Assembly: GCA_030704615.1 (NCBI GenBank)
Contig: CM060733.1
Span: forward strand, 60,140,001 to 60,204,000
Origin: Takakia lepidozioides
Lineage: Eukaryota > Plantae > Bryophyta
Reading direction: 5' to 3'
DNA length: 64,000 nucleotides
How positions within the stretch are numbered: position 1 is the first letter of the stretch; each line of letters starts with the position of its first letter. The notes under the pieces are model-generated. The model ran no database searches, was not told the origin of the DNA, and saw only the letters and a list, made by a program, of their open reading frames with translations. This document shows, piece after piece, positions 10,012 to 22,800 of this stretch. The translations under genes were made by a program, and so were the position numbers.

Positions 10012-12110
10012 ATGGAGTTATGTCTGGCCAGATGCAGGATGAGAGGTCTGGGCCTGAATCCAGAGAAGTGTACTTTTTGTGTGAACTCAGGGGTGCTTTT
10101 GGGACACATTGTGTGTAAGAGGGGACTTCTTGTGGATCCCAGGAAGACAGAGGCCATTAAAGCCTCTCCACCACCAGTAAATGCTAAGAGTCTAAGGAGA
10201 TTCCTAGGACAAACCAGCTATTACAGAAGATTTGTCAGACGGTATGCACAGATAGCAGCACCATTGAGCAAACTTCTGAAGAAAGATGCAGTGTTTGCAT
10301 AGACACCTGAATGTCAACAGGCTTTTGAGGAACTTACATTGTCAGTAACAACTACACCTGTGCTGATTAATCCTCACTGGCAGGAAATATTTCATGTTCA
10401 CTGTGATGCTTCAGGAGAAGCACTGGGAGCAGTGTTAGCCCAAAATGTTACAGGAAGGATAGATTCACCTGTGTACTATGCTAGCCGATTGATGAACAAT
10501 GCCGAAAGAAATTATAGCACAACGGAAAGAGAACCATTGGCAATGATCTATGCAGTGAAGAAATTCAGGCATTACCTGTTGGGCAAGAAGTTTATGTTCT
10601 ATGTGGATCACCAGGCTCTGATATACCTGGTAAACAAACCTCTGATAAGCGGAAGAATAGCAAGATGGTTGATAATCTTGCACGAGTTTGAGTTCGAGGT
10701 TGTTTACAAGCCTGGGAAGCTGCATCTTGTGGCGGATCACTTGTCACGGTTATCAACAGGAGAACCAGCCACGGGAGTAGATGATCAATTACCAGATGCG
10801 AGTCTATTTGCAGTGCAGGTGCAGGGAAGTACAGATGACTGGTTAGATTGGCAGTGGCCAATCAGATACTACCTTGCTCATGGTCAGTGCCCACCAAGTT
10901 ATGGAAAGGAGCAGAGAAAGAGAATTGCTATCAAGGGTCTACCTTACACTATGGTAGGAAGCAGAATGTATAAGCTAGGACCAGATGGAGTGCTGAAGCA
11001 ATGCTTATACCACCATGAAGTTAATAGAGTTTTGGAGGAAGTTCATAAAGGAGTGGCAGGAGGTCATTTTGGAGAAGAGACTACCAGTAGGAAGATACTA
11101 CATGCCGGTTACTGGTGGCCTACTTTGTTCAAAGATGTACACAAGTATTGTCAGAGTTGTGATGAATGTCAGAGGCTAGGACTTTGCAGAGATCTGGGAA
11201 GATGGCTTTGCATCCTACAATGCCTATGGAACCATTTCAGAAATGGGGACTAGACTTTGTTGGACCAATTAACCCACCAGCCAAGAATACACAGAACAGG
11301 TACATAATTACAGCCACTGATTATACTACGAAGTGGGTGGAAGCTAAAGCTTTGAGGGACAACATAGCCAAGTCCACAGCAAGGTTCCTGTATGAGAACA
11401 TACTTACACGATTTGGCTGTCCCCTGGAATTTATCAGTGACCAGGGAAGTCACTTCATCAATGAGACTATAGAACTTTTAACTAAGGAGTTCATGATTGT
11501 GCATAAGAAGAGCACAACCTATTACCCACAAGGTAATGGACAGGCAGAGGCTACCAACAAAATACTATGTACTATCTTGGCTAAGATAGTCAATGCAAAC
11601 AGAACAGATTGGGATACAAAGCTGCTGACAGCTTTGTGGTCATACAAGACTTCATATAAAGTCAGCACTAAGTATACACCATTCCAATTAGTTTATGGTA
11701 TGGAAGCTTTACTTCCAGTGGAATTCCTGTTACCTACCATGAGAACGGAATGGGGAAAGAGAATGGAATTAAAAGATTCAATTAAGGTCAGAAAACATGA
11801 ATTATACCATGTGGAAGAAGTACGTGCTGATGCAGCTGATAACATGACCAGAATTCAGATGAAGAGAAAGGAATAGTTTGATGAAGGCAAGTTAAAGACT
11901 TTTAAGACGGGAGATTTGGTTCTCTGGTTGCAGAAGAAGGGAAAGATTAAAGCTTCTAAGCTTAAATCACCATGGAAAGGACCTTATGTCATACAGAAGA
12001 TGTATGATAACAACACCGCCATGTTACAAACCATTAACAAAGAGATGCTGGGAAGAGTCAATGCCAATAAGTTGAAGGGGTACAGTGGTATCCATGACAA
12101 ACCATTGCAG
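10012..12110 (+). pseudogene. pol: pol (RT C-terminus, RNase H, integrase with GPY/F motif)
   Basis: LNPEKC...LLGHIV, FLGQTSYYRRF, HCDASG...NYSTTERE, HHCC (H...GHFG...CQSCDEC), WGLDFVGP, SDQGSHF, PQGNGQAE, WKGPY. Two stops and one frameshift. Confidence 0.95.
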
Positions 12111-12232
12111 CATGATTTGCATGTTGAAACACAGGAACAGTCAGGGGCTACCCCAGTAATACCAACGGAACACGAAGTACTTGTTGTAAAACCAATTGTG
12201 TATGGTCTGAGCAAAGAATACATGTGTTCGAA

Positions 12233-12455
12233 CAGCTATCACAGCCCAACACAGGGTCACACAGCCTATCACAGCCCAACACAGGGTCAAACAGCCTATC
12301 ACAGCCCATCACGGCGCGACACAGCCTATCACAGCCCATCAAGGCGCGACATAGCCTATCACAGCCCATCACGGCGCGACACAGCCTTTCACAGCCCAAC
12401 ACGGCGCGGCACAGCCTATCACAGCCCATCACGGTGTCACACAGCCTATCACAAC
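12233..12455 (+). repeat. 30-bp minisatellite (CACAGCCTATCACAGCCCA...), about 7.5 copies
   Basis: Unit ACAGCCTATCACAGCCCATCACGGCGCGAC. Related CACAGCC arrays occur at about 13458-13518 and 17920-18115. Confidence 0.95.
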
Positions 12456-12519
12456 CTACCCAGCGGGGGCGAGGATCCGGCTCAGGCCGCCCAAGCCGAA
12501 GGGGAGGAAACCTAGGGCG

Positions 12520-13490
12520 AAGCCGACCCCTCCTAGGGAAGAAGGATAAAAGGGATGATGATGACTGTGAGGATAAGGAAGAAGAGCAAGAGCTCAAAAA
12601 GAAGAGCAAGAAGAAGGAAAAGTTGAAGAGGGACAGCTACGAAAAAAGATTGGAAGAAGTCTTGAAAAAATATGCCACAGAGGCTGTAACACATTGGAGG
12701 AAGGGTGTTTGGTGTGCAAAATGCCAAAATGAAGGCCATACCACAGTTGAATGCCACATGAAGGAGAAACACTATACTATCTATAAAATGGATAACAATT
12801 CTACTGAGAATTGTTATTACCACAGAAGGACAGCTACAAGGGAACCAAGACAGGTGAGGGTGCATCAAGTGTAACCCCAACCAAGAAGAAACAATGTCCA
12901 GGACCACTATGGTAGGCCTGATGGATATAACAATGGTATGGCAAGAAGAGATAATCCAAGAGGGAATTACCAAGGCAATCCCATATCAAGGTAATCCAAG
13001 GGGGAATTACCAGCCAGGGAATCAGGATTTTAGAAATAATCCAAGAATGGACCAAGGGCGTGGACCCAATGGTGAAGAACTATGTTACTATTGTCAGCTT
13101 GTCCAATCTGGGTTAGACACCATCATGAGGTGAGAATCCCTGTGAATGAAGGCCCGGTAGTGGCAGCACACATGGTTATGCCATGTTTTGTACCAGAAGT
13201 AAGTACAATGATAGTTACCAGAAGCAAGACCAAACTATTACCTCCAATGGATGAGGAGGAAGATGTGAATGAAGATGGTAGTGATGTGCCTGAAGATGAT
13301 GAGGCATGGAGAGATGAGAATGAACTACACAAGGAAGTGGCAGAAGCTATAAAGGAAATGCAGAAGGAGACAGATATCCCTATAGCAGAGTCAACGGACT
13401 CAGAAGAAGAAAATGAAGAAGATGAAGATGAAGTGAAGCAAGAAGCTTCACAGGTGCGACACAGCCTATCACAGCGTACCACAGTATGAC
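12520..13490 (+). pseudogene. gag: gag C-terminal/nucleocapsid fragment lying downstream of integrase
   Basis: Zinc knuckle CAKCQNEGHTTVEC, a degenerate second knuckle, a N/G/Q/R-rich tract, a truncated third knuckle (CYYC), then a VTRS linker and an acidic tract. Confidence 0.7.
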
Positions 13491-14218
13491 ACAGCCTGTC
13501 ACAGCTCAACACAGCCTACTGGGGTTACACAGTCCATAGAATCCGTGACAGGTGGACGTGGGTTAACATCCGGACAGTGGCCGGTGGAAAAGTGGACGGA
13601 GGCACGTTTAGAAATGGACACGTGGACGCCAGGGCGAGACACACAGCCAGACATGGATTGCAAAGGCGAGTGTCATCAAGGAAGAAGACAAAATTGGCCG
13701 TCAAAGTACCTACCCGACACATTAACTTATTATGGGCCCATTAATGAATACGGGGAAAGGGTAACGGAACCCTTTAAAAGTACCGAAAAGCAAAATCCAT
13801 GTCACATGTGCTATCCTAGTGGACAGTCCAGAGTGGAAAATCCATGGAAGGAAATTAAATCTAAAATCCAGTCACAGCAGTTATAGCCAATCATAAGCCA
13901 GAAGCAGGATCAAGAAAAAGGAGGGATTTTAAGCGCAAGAGTCGGCGTCGTTCCAAGTAACGGGCGTCTCGACGGGACAGACCATCAATGCTATAGCTTT
14001 GAAGCTATGGAGGAACTAACAGACTATACGCTCTACTACTTACGCAGTGGCACGGGGATAGAAGAACAAAGAGTGTCTTTTCTCTTAATCGATGCTTGCA
14101 AGCCCCGCAGGCTTACAAGAAATTACCCATAGCATTTTGTGGCAACCATACGTTTATGCTTTGTGCCCTACAGGCATTTCTTCAATTGTTACAGCCAAAA
14201 CCTTTCTGTGGGTCTAGA

Positions 14219-17200
14219 ATGAAGAGAGTGAGAGGAATGGAAAAAATCAGGGTAAAGAGCACCACAATCCTGCAGAAACAAACGATTGCTACTCCACAGG
14301 CGGTACAGTTACTGAAGGAGCTGCGATTAGAAGGATTGCAAAGCAAAGATTGGACATTGCACCATAGGCAGTACATGTTACAATTCTTGCAGAACTTTGA
14401 GCCTAGGACAGGAGCAACAACGGTGAAGGGACCCTATACCTATAGCAATTGTTTGAATTGCCATCAGGTCAGGTGCATGTGGAGGAGCACATGGCAAGAC
14501 TGCAAATATGGGACTTATTCCAAGAAGGGAGTTTATTTAAAACTCAGGGTTATGCTTGTACCAAGGCCGTGTACCCAAGGCTAAGGGAGGTAGGCCAGGG
14601 ATTGAACGTTCTGTTTGCCATGAAACAGAACCAACAGTATTTGAGCAGATCCTTCACATAGGAAATACTCAAAGCCCTGAGAGGAGAAGAGGTAGCATGG
14701 GCAGACATAATGTACAACGCACTGGTAGAGGAGATAAAGAGATTACAAGGCACTGTCGCAAAGTCTCCTATCATAGTGTCTGGGCCAATCATTGCACAAA
14801 TTATTCTAGACTCGTGCATACTTGATGCGAGAGAAAGGAAGGAGATGGGAGTGTTTGAGACAGCAACCACTGCCATAGAAGAGCAAGGCTCTTCACACAG
14901 TGAGGGTGGACTGGCAGGGCAACCCCAATCTAAGAGACAGAGGCGGGGAAAGACTGTAGTGGTGGATCCACTGGCTTCACGGAAACCGCATGATAATGTT
15001 TCCCAAGCTCTTGTGTAGGAAGGGGCACAGCAGCACAGAGAGCTGCTATTATTGGAAGCAGGGCCTTCAGAGAGGGAAGAGGAAGTTACTTCAGTATCAC
15101 AGCCATCACAGCCAGATGATCGGCTTGTCACAGAGTTACCACAAGTTGTCCATGCAGTTCCACCACAAATAATTGATTTGGAGAAAGAAGGGTTAGATAT
15201 CCCCACTACAGAACAGGTGGTGGCAGAAATTGAGAAGGGGGACCTTCTCTATGAAAATTCTGGCTTGGTCAGGGAAACAATGATTGCAGAGGTGCAACGG
15301 TTGTCCAGGGGAAACCCTGCTGTGCATATAATACACACACCTGTGACGGAGGTACCACAGGTAGAATGTCAAGACACTGCAGCACCTGTGACGGATGAAG
15401 TGGTTCAGGAAGAAAATCTGGTGGGGCAATGGCCTGAATGGTTCGTGAGGCATCACACTGTTGAGGATCAGGCAGAACAGTAGCAAGCTCACCATGATGA
15501 CCCTCAACAGGCCATGCTTATGAGTTCCATAAGCAGGACACTTAATTTGTTGGGCACTTATGCCAAATCCCATGTTCCAACTACCCAATTGGCAGCTTTG
15601 AGGGAGGAATTCAGGAAGGAGTTTGAGGCTCGACTTGCCACTAAGTGTGTAAACAAGGTCGATGAGGAGGTCACTCTCAAGATACAACAAGACTTAGAGA
15701 GTACAAAAGCTGCTTTGCAATTGGCCAAGGAACAATTGATTGAGGCAGGCCTCGCGCAAGACCAGTTGCACGAAGCACATAAGCAATAGCTATACCAAAT
15801 GCAGGTGAAGCATGAAAGCAAGTTGCAAGAAGTGAATGCACTACATACGGAGTTGCAGACAGTGCATGACAGGATGGCCATACAATGTGCTACACTCACA
15901 ACTATGCTTGAGCAAACTACATTAGAAGTTAACAGCCAAACGGAAAGATGTATGAAGGCACAGACTGATAATCTCGAGCAGATGAAACTCATTATTGATA
16001 TGAAGAATACAATCTGTCGCAACGAGAATACTTTCAAGCAATACAGGCAGGTTGAAGCTGACCAAGAGAGGTACATCCTGGAATTGCAACAAACGTTCAT
16101 GTCCAATAGAAATGAACTCTCTGTGGCTAACAAGGCTTGGAAGGAAGCCAATAATCTGGCTGCTACATATGCGAGTTTGGTTGAACCTCATGCGAAGCAC
16201 ATAGAGGCTTTACAGCAGCAGATAGATGTGTACAGGCTCACAGAGGAGCAGACTCTCAGGGGTGCTACAAGCAACTTGGTGGATAACCACCTTATGCAGG
16301 TCTGGTTAGCACAAGGGCCGGTGGAGGGCAAAGCACCACGAAAGCTCACCCAAAGCGAGATGAATGAGCTCAGACTGCAAGTGCCGAACATTGCCACAAC
16401 TACTATAGACAATGTCTATAGTAGGATAGCGGAGCTACAAGAGGATGTAGACGGCCTGCAGACTCAGGTAGAGGACCTCACATCAAATATTGACAAGAGA
16501 GTCTTTGTACCTGAGGAGCAGCTGATGGCTTCTTATTTACAAGCCAGAACTTTGGCTTTTCAGTCTTCTTCGCAGGGGGTGCAGGAGATGCCAGTGGTAC
16601 AAGAGCCAGTGCCACCAACACCACAACAAGTCACTGTGACAGTAGCTGACCCTGTTGTTACTACAGCCACACCACAACCACCACAGCCTGAGGTATGGGG
16701 GGATGCTGCTTTTAACCCACCTAAAACTCATGCTGCACGGGAGTATAGTCGGGCTATGATAATGCCCTTCAACCAAATTCCAATTGTGTTGGATTTGGCT
16801 TGGAAAGAATTTAGTCATCCACAGTCGTTGACACATTACTACTAGATCATGCGCATTTGGCTGTCAGTGGCAACTAGGACTAAGGTTCTTCCGAACAATC
16901 GATCCATTGAGGATCATCACTTTGCGAGGTACTGACATGAGGCAAGTACCATGTTGAAGGAATTAATTGCCTTCCAAGTTGTACATGGGTACATTTATAC
17001 CAAGACCAAGGAGGTAGCAAGTATTGTCATGGGCTACGGGCTATACTACGCTGCTTGTTTTCTGGCACGTTATCACATTGAGCAGCAGAAAATGCAATCG
17101 CGATTTCTGAGTTATTCCAGTGGGGATCATTGGGTCTTACCTTCAGTGCCACCTCATATGTACCTCTATGATACAAAGGTGATGATGCAAAAGGACTCCC

Positions 17201-17758
17201 AACTTCGTTCATGGTTTCATGCGGCCTGGAACAATTTGTCAACACAGAAATTCGGGCCTGACGATATTTTCTTTTAAGGGCCAAGAGGCATGGAAATACT
17301 TGCACAATTCACAAGTCATTGGTACACCACTCACCTTGACAGACAAGGAGTTAAGGGTCTTCACCAATTTTGCAATTCAGCGCTTACAACAAGTTTTACA
17401 GTTTAAACTTCCAGACATGGTGGGACCACATTGTATGCCCCAGAGGATTCCACAAAAAGTTCGGCCGTTAAAACACTTGAGAGGCGATGAGGATTCTGAT
17501 ACTACTGATTCTTCAGCGAACTCTTTTGACATGGCAGAGGACTATGCAATTCAGATGGCAGAAAAGAAGCGACGGGGGTCTCCTATGCCTGAAAGATTAC
17601 CTCTATATCAGCCTCCAGAGGGACTGACATATCCAGGTAGTGTTCAATCATCTCCCTCAACCAGTGACAGGACACGGGCTCGCACACGGAGTCCTTCACG
17701 AGACTCTCAACGTCACAAGGGTGCTCGCTCACAAAGGTTTACAAATCCCAAACAGTAA
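14219..17758 (+). pseudogene. Extra sense ORF between pol and the 3' LTR (about 1,180 codons, coiled-coil-like; decayed)
   Basis: ORFs starting at 14449, 14710, 15052, 15514, 15799 and 16951 share one frame and are separated by TAG/TGA stops, with frameshifts near 14440 and 17275. A heptad-rich E/Q/L/K stretch runs from about 15590 to 16500. Confidence 0.75.
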
Positions 17759-17796
17759 TCCGTGAGGACACGGCTTTTTGAGAGGGGGTGGGGTAA

Positions 17797-18587
17797 TGTT
17801 AGAGGACTGCTTGGGACTTAGACGCTTTTACGGGATCTGTGGGGTACCCTTAATTTTTACACAGACTGAGACCAACAGGAGCCTTAGGGGTGACAACAAC
17901 AGGCTTTAGGGGGGGAGATACACAGCCCAACATAGTCCAACACAGTCCATCACAGCTCGTCACAGCCCGTTACAGTCCAACACAACCAGTCACAGCCAAC
18001 ACAGCCCGTCACAGCCCGACACAGCCGCCACAGCTTCGCACAGCCCTACACAGTCCGACACAGCCAGTCACAGCCCGCCACAGCCTGATACAGCCAGTCA
18101 CAGCTCGGCACAGCTGGGGAACAGTTACCATTGGCAGGGAACGACTGTGGGGGAACGACATCTGAAAAAAGAACATGTACTACAGAGATAACGGTTAGTT
18201 AGGAAAGCGGTTAGAACGGCTTGTAAATAGATAAAGCGAGAAGCGGGGACATTTGGGAAAAAGAGATATCGGGGGACTACTTCTTGGAGGACTTCTGGCA
18301 TCACTGGGGGGAAATGAAGCGGAGAGCGCATCTTTGAGTAGAAAGGAGGGAGAGCACGGAGTAGGAGGAGAACGATATGTTGATGCTTGATGAATGCAAG
18401 CAGTAGAGTTGTAATGTAGAGCAGATTAGAGACTCCATGGCTTCAGCCTGATACTTGATAGATATTAATCTGATACATACTTCATACTTACCCTGTGTAG
18501 AGAGATCTGAGTGAAGCTGTGGAATGAATGGATGAATTGATGGAATCCGATAGATTGCTGAAGCAATCTGATACTTAAATACCAACA
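17797..18587 (+). repeat. 3' LTR of the second Gypsy element
   Basis: Follows the PPT, has TGTT...AACA termini and contains CACAGCC repeats. Confidence 0.8.
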
Positions 18588-18938
18588 GTAAGGTAACTAG
18601 CTAACATGAATACGGGAAGGAATACAAATAGGAAACACCCCCATGATACACTAGCTGTAGGTCATGACTGATTGTTCTGAGCGGGCTGAGTGCTTAGAGA
18701 TTTCCAACTCTTCTATCTTGGAGTTCCCACCTCGGATAGCGAAGGGATGGGTGAGTAAAAGCCGCGCGACACAACTCGAGAAAGATGAGCCCACCGCGAT
18801 CTGCCGTGAAGATAACAACGTCAGGTGCCCAAACATGTATTAGCCCCTGGATTGACACTTGGGTCAATCCCAAATGTCAATATGTAAAAGCTAGCTATTT
18901 CCTAGCTAACTTCACACTAATGGTAAAATAACTTGACA
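18588..18938. mobile_element. Probable terminal fragment of a further LTR, ending TGACA against the chromovirus integrase
   Basis: Abrupt ...CTTGACA|GACCTTACGG junction into the RPYGLLQPL integrase sequence. No partner copy in the window. Confidence 0.35.
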
Positions 18939-19816
18939 GACCTTACGGTCTTCTTCAACCATTATCCATTCCCAAGGGTCCATGGTCGTTTGTGTCTATG
19001 GACTTTATTGCGGACCTTCCAATTTCCAAGACCACCGATTCAATCCTTGTTATTGTGGATCGTTTTACGAAGATGACACATTTCATTCCATGTAATAAGA
19101 TGGTTACAGGCGAGGAAACTGCAAGACTCTTCCTCAACAATATCTACCGCATTCATGGATTCCCGAATGACATCGTATCTGATCGAGGACCACGGTTCAT
19201 ATCAAATTTCTGGAGGGGATTATTTCACATATTGGATATTAAGATCAACATCTCTACAGCTAATCATCCACAGACTGATGGTCAAACCGAGCGCGTAAAT
19301 CAGATTTTGGAGCAATATCTTCGTTGTACGATAAATTATCACCAAGATAATTGGACGGACTTTCTGCCATTCGCTGAGTTTGCCTACAACACTATACATT
19401 CTTCGACCAAACAAACTCCATGTTTCTCCAATTATGGTCATCATCCTTAAGCAAATCCTTTCTACATGAAGACTGTTGGAAGCCCTTCTATAGAAAACCT
19501 TGCTACGATTCACATGTAGCTTACATTCCACCTCGCAGGAGCTCAAAAATGGTACAAGGAGTATGCAGATCAACATCGCCAACTCCAACCGCAGTTCAAG
19601 GTCGGAGATCGTGTATGGCTTCTTCGACAGAACATACAAACCTCGCGACTATCAAGGAAGTTGGATTATCAACGCCCGGGATCATTCAAAATTATTCGAT
19701 AAATAAATCCGGTCAGTTTTCGGCTTGAACTTCCACGAAGTATACCCATCCACCCAATCTTCCATGTCTCATTATTAGAGTTGTATCATCACTCAAGTAT
19801 TCCCGGACGAGTTTCT
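18939..19816 (+). pseudogene. pol: Integrase core of the chromovirus
   Basis: PYGLLQPLSIP.GPW..VSMDFIADLP, VDRFTKMTHF, IVSDRGPRF, HPQTDGQTERVNQ, and [11 protein letters not shown]. Confidence 0.95.
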
Positions 19817-22800
19817 CCTAGGGGTGCACTCTTTATAAAATGTCTGTATTACGTGCGTTCGCCGCCTAATAAAAAACCCCCCTGTATACGGGTCCTTGGA
19901 TCATTTATACCCCCTCTGTACATACATTTTGAAGATTATAAATCCCTCTCATGTAAATATATAGAAAGTTGTAATTTTTAAGAAGTAACCCCTTCTGTAT
20001 GTATATTTCCCTTTTCAATCATTAAAAAATATCCTCAAATATGTATATGTATGTTTTTATATTATATCAAGTTTATTAATTTAAAAATAGAATAAAATCT
20101 AATAAATTAATTAAAAAAATCTATTTGCCCTCGATAAAACTTGCTGTGGAATCACACTTTGAACAATAGTCAGATGCAGAGAGGAAAGAGACATTGTCAA
20201 TGCCCGATGTGCAAGAGGCCTGAAGAAAGTTTCCATTTTCTGATGTACAGTCCTAATTATTTTCATCAAAGAGTAACCCTCTTGAAGACCATCAAGACCT
20301 TAGTCACAACACCTCTGCTCATCAATTAGGACAGTTTCTGAACTTGTTCTACATTTCACCTTCGCAAGGTCCAATTATGTTCAAAACCAATTATTGAGAA
20401 TTCCTCTCCAAAAAGAGATTTCGTGTGCCTTTGCTGCCACTGTTGGAGTCCAACCTGACTCGCAACTGACAGAAACTGCTCAATACATTCAATTAGGTGA
20501 CAAGCATTTCATTTCACCAATACTCCCCACAAAAACAAACACCATTTTGGAAGTGGTGAAAGCGGTTGACATCTCGTACAACAATCTCTTGCTTAGCTAT
20601 CTTTGAGATGAATTTGGTGGCTGTGTGGCAATCACCACACATCCGAAGATTCTTGATGATCCCCAAAAACATCCCAGAGGGTGTGTTGATAAGCCCAAAA
20701 ACAATGGCCAACTTCTCATTGTGGTGGCAAAGAGACGATTCTTTAAGCTCTTCCTCAACATCATGCAATGCAAAGCGCGGGCTTCACCCCTTCGCACATC
20801 AATTGCTCATAGGTCTCTAAAGCCTCCATCCCACGCCCTTGCTGTGCATATCCTGCAATCATCGCACTCCACGACAACACATCTCGTTCAGCCATACTGT
20901 CGAACACTCCCTTCATACATGTCCATGAGGGTATTGTTCAGAATGACATTTGATACAATTGCAGATCTGACAATGTCGCCATGGACCTCTTTGCCCTTTT
21001 CCAGAGCTGACAGGCTTGCACACGCATTGCAAATGCACACAAACGTGATGTGGTCGGCTTCACCCCTTCCCCCATCATTTGATCATAGGTCTCCAAAGCC
21101 TCCATACCACGTCCCTGTTGTGCATACCCTGCAAGCATCACACTCCATGACACCACATCTCGTTCAGCCATGGAAACTCCCTTCGCATCCTTAATGCACC
21201 CACATTTGGCATACATGTCCACCAAGGGAGTGTTCAGAATGACATCTGGTACAATTCTAGCTTTGACAATGTCACCATGGACCTCTTTCCCTTTTCCAGA
21301 GCTCCCAGGCTTGCACACACATTGCATCTTGCCAACATTATATTCCACGTGATCAAAGATCGTTGATGCATTTTGTTGAACACTTGGTGAGCGTCAATGA
21401 TGCTCCCACACAAAACATACATGTTGACAAGGGTGTTGAGCATAAAACATTTGACGTGAATCCACTTTGGATAATGTGAGTATGCACCTGTTTTCCAGCT
21501 TCCAGACCTTCCATCTTGATGCACTTAAGCAAGAGACAGACATACATATCTAAATATGGTGAAATGCCTTGTGATGTGGTTAGGCTTTACCCCTTCCCCC
21601 ATCATTTGCTCATAGGTCTCCAAAGCCTCCATCCCGTGCCCCTGTTGTGCAGCGTCACGTTCCACGACACCATATCTCGTTCAGCCAGAGTGTTGAAAAC
21701 TCCCCTCACATCCTTAACGCACCCACATTTGGCAAACATGTCCACAAGGGCAGTGTTCAAGATGACATCTGGTACAATTCCAGCTTGCTCCTAGGCTTGC
21801 ACACGCATTGCAAACACAAACAAATGTGATGTGGTTGGGCTTCATCGCTTCGCACATCATTTGCTCATATGTCTCCAAAACATTCCTACCACACCTATGC
21901 TTGGTAAATCCTTTCAACATAATATTCCACGTGATCAAAGATCATTGAGGCATTCTGTTGAACACTTGGCGAGCAACCCCGATGTTCCGACACTTAACAT
22001 ACAAGTTGACAAGGGTGTTGAGTAGAAAAATATTTGGCGTGAATCCACTTTGGATAATGTGAGTGTGCACCTGCTTTGCAACTTGGAGACCTTCTATCTT
22101 GATGCACTTAAGCAAGAGACAGAAATACATATCTGAATCTGCTGAACTACCTCCTTGGAGTAGAGTCTGTAGAGCCTCCGTCAGGCTGTCGCACAAAGTA
22201 TCTTCACATGCCCAGAAGTGCCAGAAGAGGCATTGTGGACTCCCTTTCTTGATCCTCTTTCAGAAGCTGTGGTCATGGTTGAGGTGCCTGATTTTATCAA
22301 CTGTGCCGCTGCAGCTGCTGCCTTTAGTTGACCATCTACCCATGCAAGTTTCTTATAGCTACTGACCCCCACATGGAATCAAGGTAATATGGAGCTTGAA
22401 GTCCAACCCTCTTGGATGAATCTGGACCCACACTCTATCCATGCTCATTCAGGGAAAAACAGGGAAAAACTCTGAGAACAGGGGAAAACAGGTTGAAATG
22501 TGATGAAGAAGGTACCTTCATTAGCAGCGCTTTGTTCTAACCAATTCACTGCTGCCACTGCTGTTTCCAGTTGACCATCTACCCACGCAGCTTTCTTGTA
22601 GCTATTGATCCGCAAGGAATCAGAAGTATTCTTGTGTTTAAAATCCGACCTCTAGGATGAATGTCTTCCACTTCACCACATCGTTCAGCCATAGTGTTGA
22701 ACACTCTCTCCGCATCCTCAATGCTCCTACAATAGCATACATGTCCACAAGGGTATTGTTCAGAATCACATATGGTACAATTCCAGCTTTGGTGATGCAA

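Larger units (their letters stand above)
9980..18587 (+). mobile_element. 5'-truncated non-chromoviral Ty3/Gypsy element with a displaced gag fragment, a long extra ORF and a 3' LTR
   Basis: RT end, RNase H and integrase at 10012-12100. PPT GAGAGGGGGTGGGG at 17780-17793. LTR TGTT...AACA at 17797-18587. Confidence 0.85.

Noticed and set aside
12233-12455. Regular short repeats resembling a CRISPR array or a repeat protein (YHSPT../LSQP..)
   Set aside because: The units are contiguous with no unique spacers, there are no cas genes and the context is eukaryotic. It is a retroelement minisatellite.
20514-20768. Possible U-to-C (KP/GRP-type) DYW variant
   Set aside because: The motifs HNEKLA, CGDCH and the EYW end fit the canonical C-to-U type.
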